Below the pieces are notes generated by a model that made no database searches, had not been told where the DNA came from, and worked only from the letters and a program-made list of their open reading frames with translations. A stretch of 64,000 nt of DNA from Cenarchaeum sp. (GTDB taxonomy: Archaea > Thermoproteota > Nitrososphaeria > Nitrososphaerales > Nitrosopumilaceae): positions 352,001 to 416,000 of the forward strand of contig CBDESU010000002.1 of the NCBI GenBank assembly GCA_965242695.1, written 5' to 3'. A program made the position numbers and the translations under genes. Positions 41,601-51,806 of the stretch are shown piece after piece (the first letter of the stretch is position 1; every line of letters begins with the position of its first letter).

Positions 41601-43228
41601 ATGTCGTCGATCTCTGCATCGGAGAGCGGCCCAAGCTCGTACCTTTCGCCCCAGTCGATGGCCCCGAGGGCGCGGGAGTACTTGTAGTCGTAGCTTCGCA
41701 CGGTGACGACGGTCCTGGCGCCTGCGGCCCAGACCTGCTCGATCAGACGCTTGAACGCCCGCACGGTCCCCTCGCTGCGGACTGCCGCGTCGAGCGAGTC
41801 GAATATCACGGTCATGCCCCCCTCCTCGCCCAGCGAGTGGCGGCCGGCGAGTCCGACAAGGAGGTGGCCAGGGACAATGGACCTGTCAAGCTCTTCGGCG
41901 GACTCTATGCCGAGAAAGTCGTCGCAACGGACGAGTAGGGCCGGCCCGTGCCTGGCAAGCTCTTCGTACAGGAGGCACGACAGGACGCTCTTTCCAGAGC
42001 CCTTGTCTCCCGTTATGGCGACCCGCCCGTTGGACTCGAGCAGGCCCCTGACCGCGGCGACCTCCCTGACGCGGCGCAGGGTCGCGCCGTTGATCGTCCT
42101 AGGAATGCCCGTTGCGGCGCCGCGGCTTGCCTTGTCGAGCGGCCCCGGGTCGGCGGCATCGCCCGATTCGGCGGAGGTTGTCGGCCTCCCTGCTTCTCCC
42201 AAGCCTTTCACTTTGTCAGCGATCCTGTCCATGAGGGATCCGGGGTCACTGTCCCATTTGTTCATGAACTTGCCGGCAAGGGCGGGCAAGTTTAGTGCGA
42301 CATCGTCAGGGTCGGTTTTGTGGAAGATTACGATGATTCTGTCCTTGTAGTCACCAAGCACGATCCTTCCTATCTCCATAAGCGTGTGCCGTCCGTCATA
42401 GTATGCGGGCGTAATGACGACTATGGCATAGCGCGAACCGTCGAGCCCGGCCTTGATCTCGTCGTACATGAGGCCGCTTATCGACAGTTGGGACTCGTCG
42501 CGCCAGACGCTCAGGCCCCTGGCGACAAGCCCCGCATCAAGCTGTGCCGCAACGACCTCTCCGTCCACATGGGCGTACGATATGAACGTGTCGTAGCGGC
42601 GATCTGGTTCCATACTTTTGGGCAGCAGTGCTGCCGGGCGGCCTGCCTGCTCCGGGAGCGTTCCCGGGATCGCGCCGCTGTCGTCACCCGCGTCATGCCG
42701 CATCCGACTTGGCGGTTCGCCGCCAGCGGCAGCTGGATCGGGGCCGACCTCCGGGCCTGCGGGCGCATGCCCGGCCGGCGCGGCGCCCGGATCGGAGGGA
42801 TCCACATCTTTTGTGGGCGTTGATGTTGGGCGGCAATATTCGCCACGGTACCACTTGACGAGACGCCGGTAGCCTGCGGGTATCTCATCCTTGTCAGGTT
42901 CTGCCTGACCGCCTTCTCTAGCAGGATCATAGTCGTCGCCGTCTCTGTATAGCCTGTACCTATTGTACCTGCCGGTTTTCTCGACACGGTATAGTTTGCG
43001 GTGGGTATAACCTGCGTCAGCATTATGGTTTGCCACGCAGTATGTTGTAATGTTGCAGTCAATTGACCCGTCATTTGTGCTGCCGATTTTTTGTTCCTTG
43101 ATCATTTTACGTATATCTTCTGTAGTGAAGGTCTTGTCGACTCCTCGGTCACGGTGCAGCGTCGCAGTCGCCACCCAGACGGCAACCGGCAGGTTGTACT
43201 GGTAGGAACTACGATTCGGCACTGACAC
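38618..43228 (-). CDS. TIR-STAND (NACHT/Avs-like) NTPase with helical-repeat sensor and extra N-terminal domain
   Basis: TIR: YDTFISYAH...GLSVWRD...SRYAIVVITP...TLMEI. Walker A GDKGSGKS, Walker B VIFDSLD, NPLNL, YFHHAYMDY; HEAT-like C-terminus. Confidence 0.88.
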   Translation of the reverse strand: MSVPNRSSYQYNLPVAVWVATATLHRDRGVDKTFTTEDIRKMIKEQKIGSTNDGSIDCNITTYCVANHNADAGYTHRKLYRVEKTGRYNRYRLYRDGDDYDPAREGGQAEPDKDEIPAGYRRLVKWYRGEYCRPTSTPTKDVDPSDPGAAPAGHAPAGPEVGPDPAAAGGEPPSRMRHDAGDDSGAIPGTLPEQAGRPAALLPKSMEPDRRYDTFISYAHVDGEVVAAQLDAGLVARGLSVWRDESQLSISGLMYDEIKAGLDGSRYAIVVITPAYYDGRHTLMEIGRIVLGDYKDRIIVIFHKTDPDDVALNLPALAGKFMNKWDSDPGSLMDRIADKVKGLGEAGRPTTSAESGDAADPGPLDKASRGAATGIPRTINGATLRRVREVAAVRGLLESNGRVAITGDKGSGKSVLSCLLYEELARHGPALLVRCDDFLGIESAEELDRSIVPGHLLVGLAGRHSLGEEGGMTVIFDSLDAAVRSEGTVRAFKRLIEQVWAAGARTVVTVRSYDYKYSRALGAIDWGERYELGPLSDAEIDDILGGTDSPRIPARLKGLLANPLNLSLYTLILKGSPGADLSSIRHEIGLYDAHWRHYVETGPLGPRVRNILYAAAEGMSKARRTMVPYEPDDQEAADAALSAGILRRAGAGGMIRYFHHAYMDYAMSRALLERHRPIEAYLRADEYNVFLRPTLSMALAMAHERDADEFASIVAGVAGADVKHHWKIAAVAALANMEHGKGCGACAGLAGMLSEHPILQRHFLMALAKRPDASWFRVWGEAITGWAEDPDNPNGEFIIACLEAAAAADARHHDRVFAAARALAVGNRNGRVRQRAVAMLTDIDAEGKAAWLGTMSDNADPLVRMGVAANLLRLLEAEADAVPDIFCALYTHEEPSGGEMGIGSLGMTRTIGAPAQYNDTIRWKLGKMLPRLMEVDPPAMLRAAILTAERMSRRAVPDAWSGPASGQLVDWPDPAGLSGREGSILSAAKQHVDACGDEAFSRLASLLASTRLVPFLRMRIDGMARRAPVFAGELAALLSDPQTYNPYGLRRSVGNALRQALPLLSDPQAARVYEAIAASNAPRDSTDGEMLRSERARAAFLSELPRSLLSREDARVVDRHPRPALEDAQPIAHGPIQDMLVWEGTEEPLLAVRELVEADLDRGRKIELLDSMLKALTGKDGARPDEALLSKMESFLLRSKDDPDPERDEPPPLGDSPATVQSVRGLVAECLIAILTHRKSGDALDAIRDLSDDRVNLVRSDVARSLPRMLPAHYDAARAIALSYSRDPDPRVQSFLPPALYRILRQDPASASSMIENMLAASGQAPETVAPLLLALAVELREPHAAGMLDRIADEGAFSKELRMRIPFILKERFLGTGHQDAALDLLYRMLHDPLREVRHNAAFFTLNGFDDNPDIDNREYIAKIALHLARITDLLAGAAFDLSIAEILAGFFERFWKEAPDAALAYLEGAVKDHGDAVASDPPAAESSLNALAGLLQHHSLYDSEWNRCVDVLDAFAAAGWPPALELLSEMGRRD

Positions 43229-43506
43229 GGGCCTTCAGAAAAAAATGGGCCTTATATGCTCTGTGCCATGACAGATCGCACTCAGGCGGGCATTCAGACG
43301 CCTAGCCTCCCGCGCACGCATAGACGATCTAGAAGGAGCGGGAGCGGCCACGGAGCACATCCACAGGTGTCGGGCAACCTAGCCCAAGGCAGTGTGTGGC
43401 AGATGCCGGCGGCGACATCCGGCACGCATCACCCTGCGCCCACAGTCGGCGATGCACGACGCGGCCGCCCTGCCGCGCCAGCTCCGTCCAGCCAAGCGCC
43501 AAGGCC

Positions 43507-44124
43507 TTAACATCCCGGTGGACAGGGTAGTTTGGGCCAGGCGGTCGGACGCACATGCGATCCCAAGCCCGGCCACAGCGGCGCTTGCACGCGGGAGACG
43601 CCTCCGCCCGCGGCCGGCCCGCCCCGCGCCATCCTGCGCGTCGCCGGCGAGCACTCCCGCCTTATGATGCGGGCAAGATCCTCGGCGTTGTAGCGCGACA
43701 GCACGGTGCCGGCCCAGCCAACGCACTCCTCCGGCTCGGCGCCCGGCGGCAGGCTTGCCGGCCACAGCCAGACCCACCAGACATGGCCGTCCGTGACCGC
43801 GCCGATCCATCCGCGCTCGCTCATGCCGCCGTCCGAGTAGAGCCTCTCCTGCCCCCTCTCCCCCGCCATGTACCGGCCAACCTGCTCGTACGCCGACTCG
43901 CTGCGGCCCGATCCCGTGCCCCTTTCGTACGGCCCCCTGGTGAGCCTCCCCTGCCGCTTGACCTCTATTATGACGCGCTTGTCGAGGAGGTAGAGGTCCA
44001 TCCGGTTGGGCGGGCGGATCGCGGCGCCGGCCGGCTGCTCCTCCGCCCTGATGTCGGCGTCCGGTATGCCGATCTCGTTGAGCCAGGAGCGCACGTGGTA
44101 GCTGCAGTCCGTCTCATTGCGCAT
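43507..44124 (-). pseudogene. Orphan N-terminal restriction-endonuclease domain (HSDR_N/Type IIG-like), probably truncated
   Basis: RMDLYL...IIEVKR...AYEQVGRY...GAVTDGHVW; no methyltransferase follows. Confidence 0.6.
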
Positions 44125-45123
44125 GGGGCAGGACAGCAGGGGCGTCGCGGCGCGCCGTCCCCAGGCGCTCATGCCGCCGCGCACGGCCCGATCCACCCCC
44201 TGCATACCCCGGTAGCGTCGTCTGTACGGACATGCAGGGTCTCTGCACACATGCGGTCCGCGGAGACAAAGCGAAAGCCCGGCAGGGGAGTCGTCTCCGC
44301 CAGGACGGCGGCCGAGCCGCACGCATCGGGGAGCGGAGGCGCCGGCCCCGCCTGCAGCGCGTTGACAACGTGCCCGTCGTCCGTCTCGAACACGAGGGAT
44401 GCCATCCTGCCGAACATTGCGGCGGCGCCAGGTGCCGCGCTGCATTCGTAGGGCAGTGGACGCCCGCCCACGACGCGGGCGATCCTGGAGCCGTTCCGCA
44501 TGCGGCGCCGCAGCCATTCCTGCTCAAGGAATCGAACAAGGCATGCGAAGGGGCGGCCGGGCGGCGCCCGTATCAGCATCCAGCCACTGCCGGGCGCCAT
44601 CTCCCGCCAGCCAGGCGAGACGAGGATCAGCACCGCATTGCCCGCGCCGCGGCGGCCGGCGGAGGCAGAGGCGGCCGGCTGGCAGCGCCGGACGTGGCGG
44701 ATCATGCCTGCCGGCCCCTCCCATTGCCCGCAAGAGCAGCACCTTGCCCGCCGTGGTGCGCAGGAACCGCCCCACGCGGCGGCGGCCCCTGCGCCGCAGC
44801 CGAGCCCCCGTGCGCCGCCCCTGTCCGCTGCGCTCCGCTCTGCTCCCGCCGAGCCGGTTCCCCGCCTGGCACGCCCCCTGCCGCTGCGCGGTGCAGGCCG
44901 GGGTGCGCCTCTTGCCATGCGGCCGCGAGCCGGCCGGCTGCATATAACGTGTTCTTGGATCCGCGGGTGTCAGCTTGGGCGCGGCGTTGCTCGCAGCGCC
45001 GGGACGGGCTGCCTCCCATGTCGACCTGAGGCGGCGATCGCGGGCGGTGGGCAGGCCCCGGGCGCGCATCACTACATGGCCGCCAGGCGGCTGTAGCGCG
45101 GCGGCCGGCGACCCGGCCGTCTA

Positions 45124-45612
45124 CTATCCCGCCCGTCCGCCTCCGCGCACGTAGCAGCCGCGGCTGTCGTCAAGATGGCTACCCGGCAAGCGCCCCTTCA
45201 GTTGGTCTATGCGGCCGTCAAGCTCCCCGATCATTGCATCGCGCACGTTCTGCGGTACGGCGCCAAACGTATGGGCGCCAGGGCCGCCTCCCGCCCTAGA
45301 CACCCATTTCTCGACAAGGCGGGGATTGCATTCAATGGCTGCGTACAGGTGCGTGTACGGACCAAGATATGGCGTGTTGTACATTTCCTGGTGGTCCACA
45401 AACACGACGTTGTTCTGGGCGGCGGCCCTAAGCGCGAGGGACGCCTCCCTGCCCCTTGAAGACAGGCCCGCATCCTCCAAGAGCTGCCCCAGCGGGATGC
45501 TGTCCACGCCTTCGACGGCGCGCCGCACGGCGGCGAGCTCCAGCAGCGTCCTGCGAAGTACGAGGGGGGAGGCATCCTCAAGCCCGTCCATGTCGGAAAA
45601 TATCGCGCCCAT
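45124..45612 (-). CDS. Hypothetical protein, paralogue 1
   Basis: MGAIFSDMDGLE...QNNVVFVDHQ...AIECNPRLVEKWVSRAGGGPG; upstream CTATATGG box duplicated with paralogue 2. Confidence 0.72.
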   Translation of the reverse strand: MGAIFSDMDGLEDASPLVLRRTLLELAAVRRAVEGVDSIPLGQLLEDAGLSSRGREASLALRAAAQNNVVFVDHQEMYNTPYLGPYTHLYAAIECNPRLVEKWVSRAGGGPGAHTFGAVPQNVRDAMIGELDGRIDQLKGRLPGSHLDDSRGCYVRGGGRAG

Positions 45613-45739
45613 GAAGGGCGCGGTACAGGCCTGCCATATAGTCCGTTCGCCACAGCCAAGCGCATCTACGGCGGGGTGCATCCCTTTATTCCCACGGCCG
45701 CGGCCGGCGGCAGGCAATCCTCGCGCGCCTGCCTTCCGA

Positions 45740-46168
45740 TCAGCGGGGCAGAACGCCGTAAGGAGGCTTCAGCCTGGCCCTTGCCGTCCTTTCGATGCGC
45801 CTCCTGCGGAGGGCGCCGTCCATGTACAGGACGGCAACTGCGGGCGCGCCCTCTGCGTGGCTGCGCCAGCAGCGCTTGCGGTCGCGGGAGGCCACCCTTG
45901 TGCGGATGCCTTTGGACGTGCCCGCGTCGACGCACCCGTACTTGCGTCGGCCGCGCCGATCGCGCCGCACATCCAGCACCGCATAGACGCCAGGCGCGTC
46001 GCACAGGTCGGCCGTGGTATAGTAGGCCCCGCCAAAGAGCATCCCGGCCACATCCAGCACGCGGCCGGGCGCGGCGGGCAGACTGCGCCAGGCATGGCGG
46101 CCCATTCCGAGCGGATCCCGCTCCCAATGCCCGCAGTTGCCGCACCTTGTCCATGCGCGTTCCGCCAT
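45740..46168 (-). CDS. Small GIY-YIG-like protein
   Basis: PGVYAVLD...YGCVDAGTS..IRTRV..DRKRCW...RRRIE; CTTATAT 29 bp upstream of ATG46168. Confidence 0.55.
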   Translation of the reverse strand: MAERAWTRCGNCGHWERDPLGMGRHAWRSLPAAPGRVLDVAGMLFGGAYYTTADLCDAPGVYAVLDVRRDRRGRRKYGCVDAGTSKGIRTRVASRDRKRCWRSHAEGAPAVAVLYMDGALRRRRIERTARARLKPPYGVLPR

Positions 46169-46512
46169 GCGGCTGGGAGCCCACCTGGCGCATATAAGGA
46201 TAGGTAGGATCCACGGATCCCGCTTGCGCACGGCTTCCGCCGGCGCATCCGCGGCACCCCGGATGCCGCGAGCCATCGGGGTGTCCAGGGGTGCAGGGGG
46301 CATTACGGCCGGGTTTGCGTCACGACATAGTCCGGAACCAGGGCGCGCGAAGATTGTCAGCCCACTCCCGTCCGCATAGAAGGCGACATCGGCGCGCTCC
46401 GGCGCAGGCGCGATGTGGGACAGGCGTGCGCGCGCGCGGATCCCCCCGCATGCCCTGCCTGCTCCCGCGATGCGGCGGCAGTGGCCCTGCCCGCGCGGCG
46501 GGCCGACATCGG

Positions 46513-46953
46513 TCAGGGCCGGCGCGGCAGGCGCTCCTTCAGCAGGCCGATGCGGCCGTCAAGCTCGCCGGCCATCTTGTCGCGCTTGTCCTGCGGGACG
46601 GCGTCAAACGCATAGGCGCCGGGGCCGCCCCCCGCCCGTGACACCCATTTTTCGACAAGGCGGGGATTGCACTCGATGGCCACATCGCATCCTAGGGTCA
46701 AGCCAAGAGTGAACGTGTCGTACAAGTCCTGGTGATCCACAAACACGACATTGTTTTGCGCTACCGTCCTGAGCACAAGGGATACTTCCTTGGGATCTTT
46801 CGACAGCCCCGCATCCTCCAGGAGTTGCCTCAGGGGGATGCCGCACTTGCCCCCGACGGCGCGCCGAACGGAGGCGAGCTCCAGCAGCGTCCTGCGAAGC
46901 ATGGGGGGCGGGGCCCTTTCGAGGCCGTCCATCTCGAGGAATATCGCGCCCAT
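46513..46953 (-). CDS. Hypothetical protein, paralogue 2
   Basis: Clear homologue of 45124-45612. Confidence 0.72.
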   Translation of the reverse strand: MGAIFLEMDGLERAPPPMLRRTLLELASVRRAVGGKCGIPLRQLLEDAGLSKDPKEVSLVLRTVAQNNVVFVDHQDLYDTFTLGLTLGCDVAIECNPRLVEKWVSRAGGGPGAYAFDAVPQDKRDKMAGELDGRIGLLKERLPRRP

Positions 46954-47294
46954 GCGGGGCGCGCGGCGAGCCGGCCATATAGGCTGTTCGCCTGCCGCCT
47001 AGGCGCAGGTCCGGCGGGCGGCGCGACCCTCCGCCTTCTCACGGCCCCCGCAGCGGCAGGCAGTCCGCAGCGCGCCGAGCCTGCCGCCCTGTCCGCACAT
47101 GCGGCAGGCGGCGGGTGCGGGCAGCCCGGTGGCACCTAGTCCCGGCCGCCAGACATGTCACCTTGGAGGCATCTGCGGCAGGCTCCGCCGCGGCGTCATC
47201 TGCCGCCTTGCCGCCTTCGTCCCCGGCGCGAAGTGTCGGCCGATCGCCGGCCGCCGCCGTACCGGCCGCCGCGGTTCGTGTCCGTGCGGGTACG

Positions 47295-48010
47295 GCGGCA
47301 GCTGAGGACCGCCGCCCCGCACGGCCTGGATCGATTCCCGTCCCGTCCCCCGGGGGCCCGCGGCAAGAACCCGCGCAGTGCCGGGCGCGGACAGGGACGT
47401 ACGCAGGCGGCGGTGGCCGGCCGCCGCCTCCAGCCCCCCAGCCGGCAGGACTGCCGCGCCCGGGGCCCCTTCCCGGCCCGGCATCCGCCCCGCATCCGCC
47501 CGCTCGAACGGCGCCGCCGCCGGGCGGGGCGATCGTGCCGGGCGGAGCGATCGTGCCGGGCGGAGCGATCGTGCCGGGCGGAGCGATCGTGCCGGGCGGA
47601 GCGATCGTGCCGGGCGGAGCGATCGTGCCGGGCGGAGCGATCGTGCCGGGCGGAGCGATCGTGCCGGGCGGAGCGATCGTGCCGGGCGGAGCGATCGTGC
47701 CGGGCGGAGCGATCGTGCCGGGCGGAGCGATCGTGCCGGGCGGAGCGATCGTGCCGGGCGGAGCGATCGTGCCGGGCGGAGCGATCGTGCCGGGCGGAGC
47801 GATCGTGCCGGGCGGAGCGATCGTGCCGGGCGGAGCGATCGTGCCGGGCGGAGCGATCGTGCCGGGCGGAGCGATCGTGCCGGGCGGAGCGATCGTGCCG
47901 GGCGGAGCGATCGTGCCGGGCGGAGCGATCGTGCCGGGCGGAGCGGACGGCGTGCTGCGGCGGCGCAGGCCGTGCGCAGGGCGGCCCGCCGGTCGGGGCG
48001 ACGGGGCGCG
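47295..48010. repeat. Dispersed GC-rich element, copy C, with 18-bp VNTR (GCCGGGCGGAGCGATCGT)x23 at 47519-47945
   Basis: Directly visible; flanks align with copy A. Confidence 0.92.
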
Positions 48011-48200
48011 ATTGCCTGCGGCCCCCCAGCCGCATGTCGACGACCGCCCTGGCGGCCCGCCGGGCGGGACGGCGGGACGCGATCGCCCGCGGCCGGGGGC
48101 GCGGCGAGGTAGGAGTCCGAGCCCGCTTCGGGAACCGGCCCGCCGTCCCCATTCTGCACTAGGCCAGGCCGCCCTGTACGGCAGTCGGCAGCATCGCGGA

Positions 48201-49982
48201 TCACGGCGGGTTCTCGCCCCCAGTGTCACCGCCCTCGGCCGGTCCGCCGTCGCCGCCCTGCCCAAAGTGGTCCGCGGCCGCCCGCAGCGCGGACTTGATC
48301 TCGTCAGGGATGGCGCCGCTTGGCAGGCCGGCAAGCAGCTTTGCAAGATCGACCTTGTTGAAGACGTGGCCGGTTTCCTGTAGCCAGCGCTCCTCCAGCA
48401 CCGCATCCACGCGCCGGCCTTTGGCCCTCTCGGCGTCAAGATCGTCCGCGGTCAGGGAAAATTTGCATCCATGGTGCATGCACATCCCCTTGACGGCATC
48501 CATGATCGTGGCGCTCGCAAACGCGTCCTCAAAGCTCTTGTCGAAGATAAAAAAGTTTTTGTCGAGTGGGCTGTTTTTCGCCAGCTTTTTCGTGTATGAA
48601 TGCGTTTTTTCGTCGTTGTCCAAGATCACAAAAACCCTGCGCCCGTCGGCCTTGAAGTACCGGAGCAGCAACGGCAGGTGCCTGATCCTTCCCGCCCCGC
48701 CAAGGTTGAAGACAGCGGTCTTCGGCGCAAGGTCGTACCCGAGCGCCGACATGAATCTCGGGAGCGCAACATGCTCGGAATCACCCTCTACGAACAGAAT
48801 GTTTTCGTGGTGCAGCGAGTCGCTGTGAGCGACTCCCAGCTCGTGGCGGATCACGTCTAGGTTGTCGGGGCCGATCGGGGTCACGTGCGAGGACCCCTCG
48901 GACTTGGTGATCAAGAGGATGGCCTCGCCGGGACCCGCCCCCAGGAATATGGGCGAGTGCGTTTCGATGACAATCTGCAGTTGTGAGCTCGCATCCTTGA
49001 GCCTCCTCCGAACCTGCCTTTGCGCCTTTGCGTGCAGGTGGAGCTCGGGCTCGGTCAGGATGAAGGCGGTGCCCGGCCTGGCGAACAGCTGCATGGCAAG
49101 GAGAACGAGCTGCTCTTGGCCGCTGCTAAGGTCCGCGCTAGGCGTCCTTCTGCCCAGGCCCGGTTCGGCCGCCTCGAGTACCAGCTCGGAATCTTTCATG
49201 CTGGCCTCGATGCCGGAAATGGATCCGCCTGTTATTGATTCTATAAACTTGTTGAATTCAATCTTCTTTTCAAGAGGCAGGCTGTTCACCTCGTTCAAGA
49301 GGTTGCTGCCGTCGGGGGTTATGCCGTGGCTTTCGTGGGGGCTGCTGCTTTGGGGAATGCTCCTGCCCATGCCAATGTCTGAAATGCCTGAAAACATGTC
49401 CTTTATGATGCTGATGAGGGGTTTGTCGATTTCTCCAAGGAGATAATCAATCTTAGTTGAGGTTAGATGGAAGGGTTCGAGGTCGGGCAGAGCCTTGCCC
49501 ACCGTGTCGATCATGTCGATGTCCCGCCGTTGGGCGGTGTACTTTCCGTCGTCCTGCGTCACGCTTGCGAATACGTGGTAATCCGCATCCGTGAATGTCA
49601 GTGAGACGGCGTGGGTTTGGGAGGCGTTCCCGAGCGATACTTCGTACTTGAGGCGCTTGAAGAGCCATTCGCCAAGGTCGCCATGCAGAGGAGCGGCGGC
49701 GGGGGCATCTATGTGCTCCGCCATGTACTTGCGCTCGTCGTCGGACAGCTCCACTACAACGGCTAGCTTCATCTCTCTGTCCGTGTCGTTGTTGAAATAG
49801 TCCCCCGGCTCTGGCGCATAGTAGATCCCCGCAATGATGGACGAGAGCGTCTTCAGCCCGTGCAGGATGTTGGACTTGCCGGCGCTGTTCGGGCCGATCA
49901 GGCAGGTGGTCTGGCTCAGCGGTATCACGGCCTCGTCCCTAAAGCTCTTGAAGTTCTCGAGCGAGATGCTGTGCAGCCTCAA
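48201..49982 (-). CDS. OLD-family-like ATP-dependent nuclease (ABC ATPase + TOPRIM)
   Basis: LENFKSF, GPNSAGKS, LSSGQ, LTEPELHLH, ETHSP, LFVEGDSE, ILDND; TTG49982 start. Confidence 0.87.
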   Translation of the reverse strand: MRLHSISLENFKSFRDEAVIPLSQTTCLIGPNSAGKSNILHGLKTLSSIIAGIYYAPEPGDYFNNDTDREMKLAVVVELSDDERKYMAEHIDAPAAAPLHGDLGEWLFKRLKYEVSLGNASQTHAVSLTFTDADYHVFASVTQDDGKYTAQRRDIDMIDTVGKALPDLEPFHLTSTKIDYLLGEIDKPLISIIKDMFSGISDIGMGRSIPQSSSPHESHGITPDGSNLLNEVNSLPLEKKIEFNKFIESITGGSISGIEASMKDSELVLEAAEPGLGRRTPSADLSSGQEQLVLLAMQLFARPGTAFILTEPELHLHAKAQRQVRRRLKDASSQLQIVIETHSPIFLGAGPGEAILLITKSEGSSHVTPIGPDNLDVIRHELGVAHSDSLHHENILFVEGDSEHVALPRFMSALGYDLAPKTAVFNLGGAGRIRHLPLLLRYFKADGRRVFVILDNDEKTHSYTKKLAKNSPLDKNFFIFDKSFEDAFASATIMDAVKGMCMHHGCKFSLTADDLDAERAKGRRVDAVLEERWLQETGHVFNKVDLAKLLAGLPSGAIPDEIKSALRAAADHFGQGGDGGPAEGGDTGGENPP

Positions 49983-50409
49983 CGTACAGCACCTCCGGTG
50001 CGCGCCGGTGCGCGTATTCCACGGGCGGGGCGGGCGCCCGCGGGCGGCGGCGTACCCGTCCCGCTCAAGCGGCGGTTCCAAGCCGCGCGCGACAGGCGGG
50101 GCGCGCAGCCCCGATGTCCGATGCGGCGGCGTACCAAGCACACAGCCGGCCCGCGCGCCGAGGGATGGCCCCTTCCCGTGCCGCCCCCTCTGCGCGGCCG
50201 CTGCGGCCCACCGCCCGCCGGCCGAGGCGGCCTTGCCCCCGCCCCTGCGGGCGCCGCATCGCACGGGCATGCGGGGCCCCGCACCCTGCCGCCGCCCGCG
50301 GTATGGCGCGATCGGGACAGGACATGGGCGGGGCTGGCCATCTGCCCGAGCGGCCCGCGGGTCGCCCCGGAACCGCCACCAGCGCTACGAGGGGCGAATG
50401 TCCTGGGCC

Positions 50410-51096
50410 TCATGGCCTGAGCTCCCTCCTGATTGCGCCAAATGCCGCCTGTGCTGATCCCAGCGGGTCTCGGACGGCGCGATTTGCCATGTGCTTGGCC
50501 AACTCGTACTCCCTCTTAATGCGCAGCGTAAACGCGCGCTCCCGGCGCGACCGCCAGCCCAAGCCCTCCCATGCGCTGACCAGCAGGTTCCCGTACTCCT
50601 CCGCCCTAGCTGCGCTGACCATGTGGTACGTGTTGCGCATCGTCACCGGAACTCCGTCCAGTATAAGCGCGCCGCCGGGCGCACAGCACCTAGCGCACGC
50701 CCTAACCAGCCTTTTCTGTTCGTGGGGTAATGCAAACCGCATGAGCCGGGCGCACAGCACAATGTCGAACTTCTCGTCAATTCGGGCATCTTCAATGTTG
50801 CCCTCGTAGAATCCGTCTAGGTTGCGCCTCGCCTCCCTGGCGACTTCCGGCGCCAGATCTATGCCGGACATACTTACTTTCAGCCCCGCTTCGAGCAGCT
50901 TTTCCTTTAGATGCGCGGCGGCCTCCCCGTCGGAGCACCCCACATCCAGTATGCGGATCGTGGCCCCTGCGATGCCATGGGCGCGCTCCCTTACCAGCTC
51001 GAACATGTCGCTGCTGCCGTCATACCGCCAGCAATAGTCCGTGTACCGCGTCCGGCACGTGCGGGTTGGGTGCCACCGGTACGGCTTGTCCGTCAT
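50410..51096 (-). CDS. Class I SAM-dependent methyltransferase
   Basis: ILDVGCSDG, GIDL, KFDIVLC, APGGALILD; CTTATAT upstream of ATG51096. Confidence 0.8.
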   Translation of the reverse strand: MTDKPYRWHPTRTCRTRYTDYCWRYDGSSDMFELVRERAHGIAGATIRILDVGCSDGEAAAHLKEKLLEAGLKVSMSGIDLAPEVAREARRNLDGFYEGNIEDARIDEKFDIVLCARLMRFALPHEQKRLVRACARCCAPGGALILDGVPVTMRNTYHMVSAARAEEYGNLLVSAWEGLGWRSRRERAFTLRIKREYELAKHMANRAVRDPLGSAQAAFGAIRRELRP

Positions 51097-51806
51097 GTAC
51101 GCTTGGCGGGTCAAAGTACGGCATATAAGCATTATCACGCCAGCTGGCAGGTGTCGAGCCAGCCGCAGGGGCGGGGGCGGCGGCGCGCGGCCCGGCGGGA
51201 TCGGGCATCGCAGATGGGTCGGAGCCGGGCTGGGCAGAGACGCGGCGGCGGGCGCTCGGCCGGGCAGAGCGATGCCCGTGCGGCGTGGCCTGCGCCAGGG
51301 AGCGTTCCGGACGGTGCGGCTGGCGCGGATGCGTCCCGGCCGCAGCAGGGTGACCAAGGAGACAGGCGGCAAGAGGCAGCTGAGCTGCGGACATACGGAG
51401 GACGCCCACGGCCCGCATGGCGCGCGCCGGCGTGCGGTGCGCTCTTGGGCCCTCGGGCAGGCGCCCCCCTTAGGCATGCGAGACGCCGCAACGGGGTGCG
51501 GCTGCTCCCCCTTGCATCCCGCCTCTGCATTCCGGCCGCCCGCTACCCCGCCTAGCTGCGGGCGGAGAGGAGCAGGGCGGGCTAGGGAAAGGCGTATGAG
51601 CGCGCTGGCGCAGTCGTGGCACCTGCGAGGGGCGCCCGCGTTGCCAGACAGTTTTTTGTCGGCATGCGGCCTTGTCGTGCCGAGCCCGGTACGGCATGGC
51701 TTGCAGTGCCAAGCGGCGATGCAGGGTGTGCGGTCGCGCCGGTCGCGCCGGCCCCGGCGGCGCGCCGGCCCCGGCGGCGCGCGGATCGCGGGGCGCAAGG
51801 CGCCTG

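Noticed and set aside
44169-44501. Small minus-strand ORF (MRNGSRIARVVGG...)
   Set aside because: No motif or clear promoter; coding status unresolved.
47039-48439. Long ORFs in all six frames; 18-bp array as CRISPR
   Set aside because: Stop-free VNTR with no spacers, so neither CDS nor CRISPR.
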